Positions 62,786 through 64,000 of a stretch of DNA of 64,000 bases are shown here, in pieces (the first letter of the stretch is position 1; every line of letters begins with the position of its first letter). The notes beneath the pieces are model-generated. The model had not been told where the DNA came from, made no database searches, and saw nothing but the letters and a program-made list of their open reading frames with translations. Origin of the DNA: Escherichia phage FV3; the sequence record NC_019517.1. One strand, 5' to 3'. The translations under genes were made by a program, and so were the position numbers.

Positions 62786-63990
62786 TACGCCTCCTCGTAG
62801 ATAATGTCGATAGTGTTGCCGTCGCGGTCAACCACGTACTCGATTGGGTCTCCATCTTTGCGCGATTCTGGAGCTACTACGATTTCGTAGCGGCATGCAC
62901 GGCACTTAGCGCTGTTGTGTTGGTAAGGTACACTGACTACATCGGCAGGGTCAACCATAACCGTCATCACAGTGCCGTAGCTCTTTGCATACTCTTTGCT
63001 GGCACAGTGCAGGCCATAAGAGCATGCAGCTTCCGGATCATCCTCTACAAAGTTACGAGGCATGGATACAAAAGCTCCCTGGTATTGTGGGACTTTACCA
63101 CTGTGCCAATCCACCCACTTGTCGCCGTTAAACTGAACCCCTTTGTAGCAAATGATTCGACCATCTTCTGCAACCTGAATGTCGTTTGCCTGCATAAAAT
63201 CGTAGAGCATGTTTACAGATTTTGCAGACGGATTGCGTAACAGGCGAACTAGGAATTTCACATAGCGGTCATCCAGTGTTCCATCTGCATAATCTTTCTC
63301 AATTTTCTTTGCAATGGTAGATCGCATCTCTACACCGTAGTAGTAGAGCTTACCATCTTTCATGATCAGGTTGTCTGCCAGTGTAGTGAACTCATTCTTG
63401 CGTTCCAGCCAGATAAGGATTTCACCAATTGCCTCGTCATATTCCTGAACAGAGATATGGTCGAAGACTTTCTGGTAAACTTCCTCACTTTCGCTACGGC
63501 GAATTTCAAAAATACCTTCGTTGCAGGTGATCTGGAGGAGTTCTCCGCAAATAACTACCAAAGGCTCGATGCTTCGAGTCTGCTGCTGAGACACACTGCT
63601 CACCACCTCCAGCACCGGGTCTTTGACTTCTACCGAAGGTTCTTCTGACTTAACTGCTACCCCAGTGAACCCCACACCGTGAACAACACACAGTGGGTAT
63701 ACCACGCCCCAACGTTTAACGGAACCTTCGCCTAAGTCTAAGATCATGGCGTACTTACCGTTATCTTCCAGCCCATATCGAAATAAACGGGCCTCTTCAC
63801 GGGTTTCAAAATCCTCACGGGTGTAGCAGACGCTGTCACGGTCAGGATCGAACAACTCTGGAGCACCCACTGCCAGTGTCCAGGTTGTGTCACCTTTCTC
63901 AATGGCGCATGTGAAACCTTTCTTCTCAAGTTCTGCACGGCGGTCTCGTGCTTCTTTACGGGTTTTGAAATGTTCGTAGATGAAAATCAT
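62785..63990 (-). CDS. hypothetical protein with N-terminal tandem ~35-aa repeats
   Basis: 401-aa ORF; two N-terminal repeats (FKTRKEARDRRAELEKKGF... / FETREEARLFRYGLEDNGK...). Confidence 0.5.
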   Translation of the reverse strand: MIFIYEHFKTRKEARDRRAELEKKGFTCAIEKGDTTWTLAVGAPELFDPDRDSVCYTREDFETREEARLFRYGLEDNGKYAMILDLGEGSVKRWGVVYPLCVVHGVGFTGVAVKSEEPSVEVKDPVLEVVSSVSQQQTRSIEPLVVICGELLQITCNEGIFEIRRSESEEVYQKVFDHISVQEYDEAIGEILIWLERKNEFTTLADNLIMKDGKLYYYGVEMRSTIAKKIEKDYADGTLDDRYVKFLVRLLRNPSAKSVNMLYDFMQANDIQVAEDGRIICYKGVQFNGDKWVDWHSGKVPQYQGAFVSMPRNFVEDDPEAACSYGLHCASKEYAKSYGTVMTVMVDPADVVSVPYQHNSAKCRACRYEIVVAPESRKDGDPIEYVVDRDGNTIDIIYEEA

Positions 63991-64000
63991 CTTGGTCTCC

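Overview
This 64-kb window reads as part of a large virulent tailed-phage genome: densely packed short genes, sigma70-like promoters, intrinsic terminators and no host housekeeping operons. All calls come from reading the sequence and ORF translations; no database search or folding was run. Left ~31 kb (rightward transcription): a nucleic-acid and nucleotide-metabolism module (FEN-type 5'-3' exonuclease, RuvC-like resolvase, endonuclease VII, DnaQ-like exonuclease, adenine methyltransferase, dNMP kinase, HAD nucleotidase, ThyX, NrdA/NrdB, glutaredoxin, intron-split NrdD, NrdG, PhoH, ClpP-like peptidase, second methyltransferase), then ~35 small genes including an expanded family of small acidic proteins and a homolog of ribosome hibernation promoting factor (HPF). 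Middle (31.4-33.6 kb): a ~2.2-kb non-coding strand-switch region with a G-rich, possibly structured segment and iteron-like repeats. Right ~30 kb (leftward transcription): ~35 small early-type genes with recurring promoter/palindrome elements, then a replication module (macro-domain protein, SSB-like protein ending DDDIPF, family-A DNA polymerase interrupted inside motif C by a group I intron carrying an HNH homing endonuclease, T7 gp4-like primase-helicase, a minimal C5-methyltransferase-like protein, a Mod-like adenine methyltransferase, Dda-like helicase). No rRNA, tRNA or CRISPR array was recognised. Leading candidates for something new: the phage-encoded HPF homolog, the two intron/homing-endonuclease insertions, the non-coding strand-switch region, and the repeated promoter-embedded palindromes.
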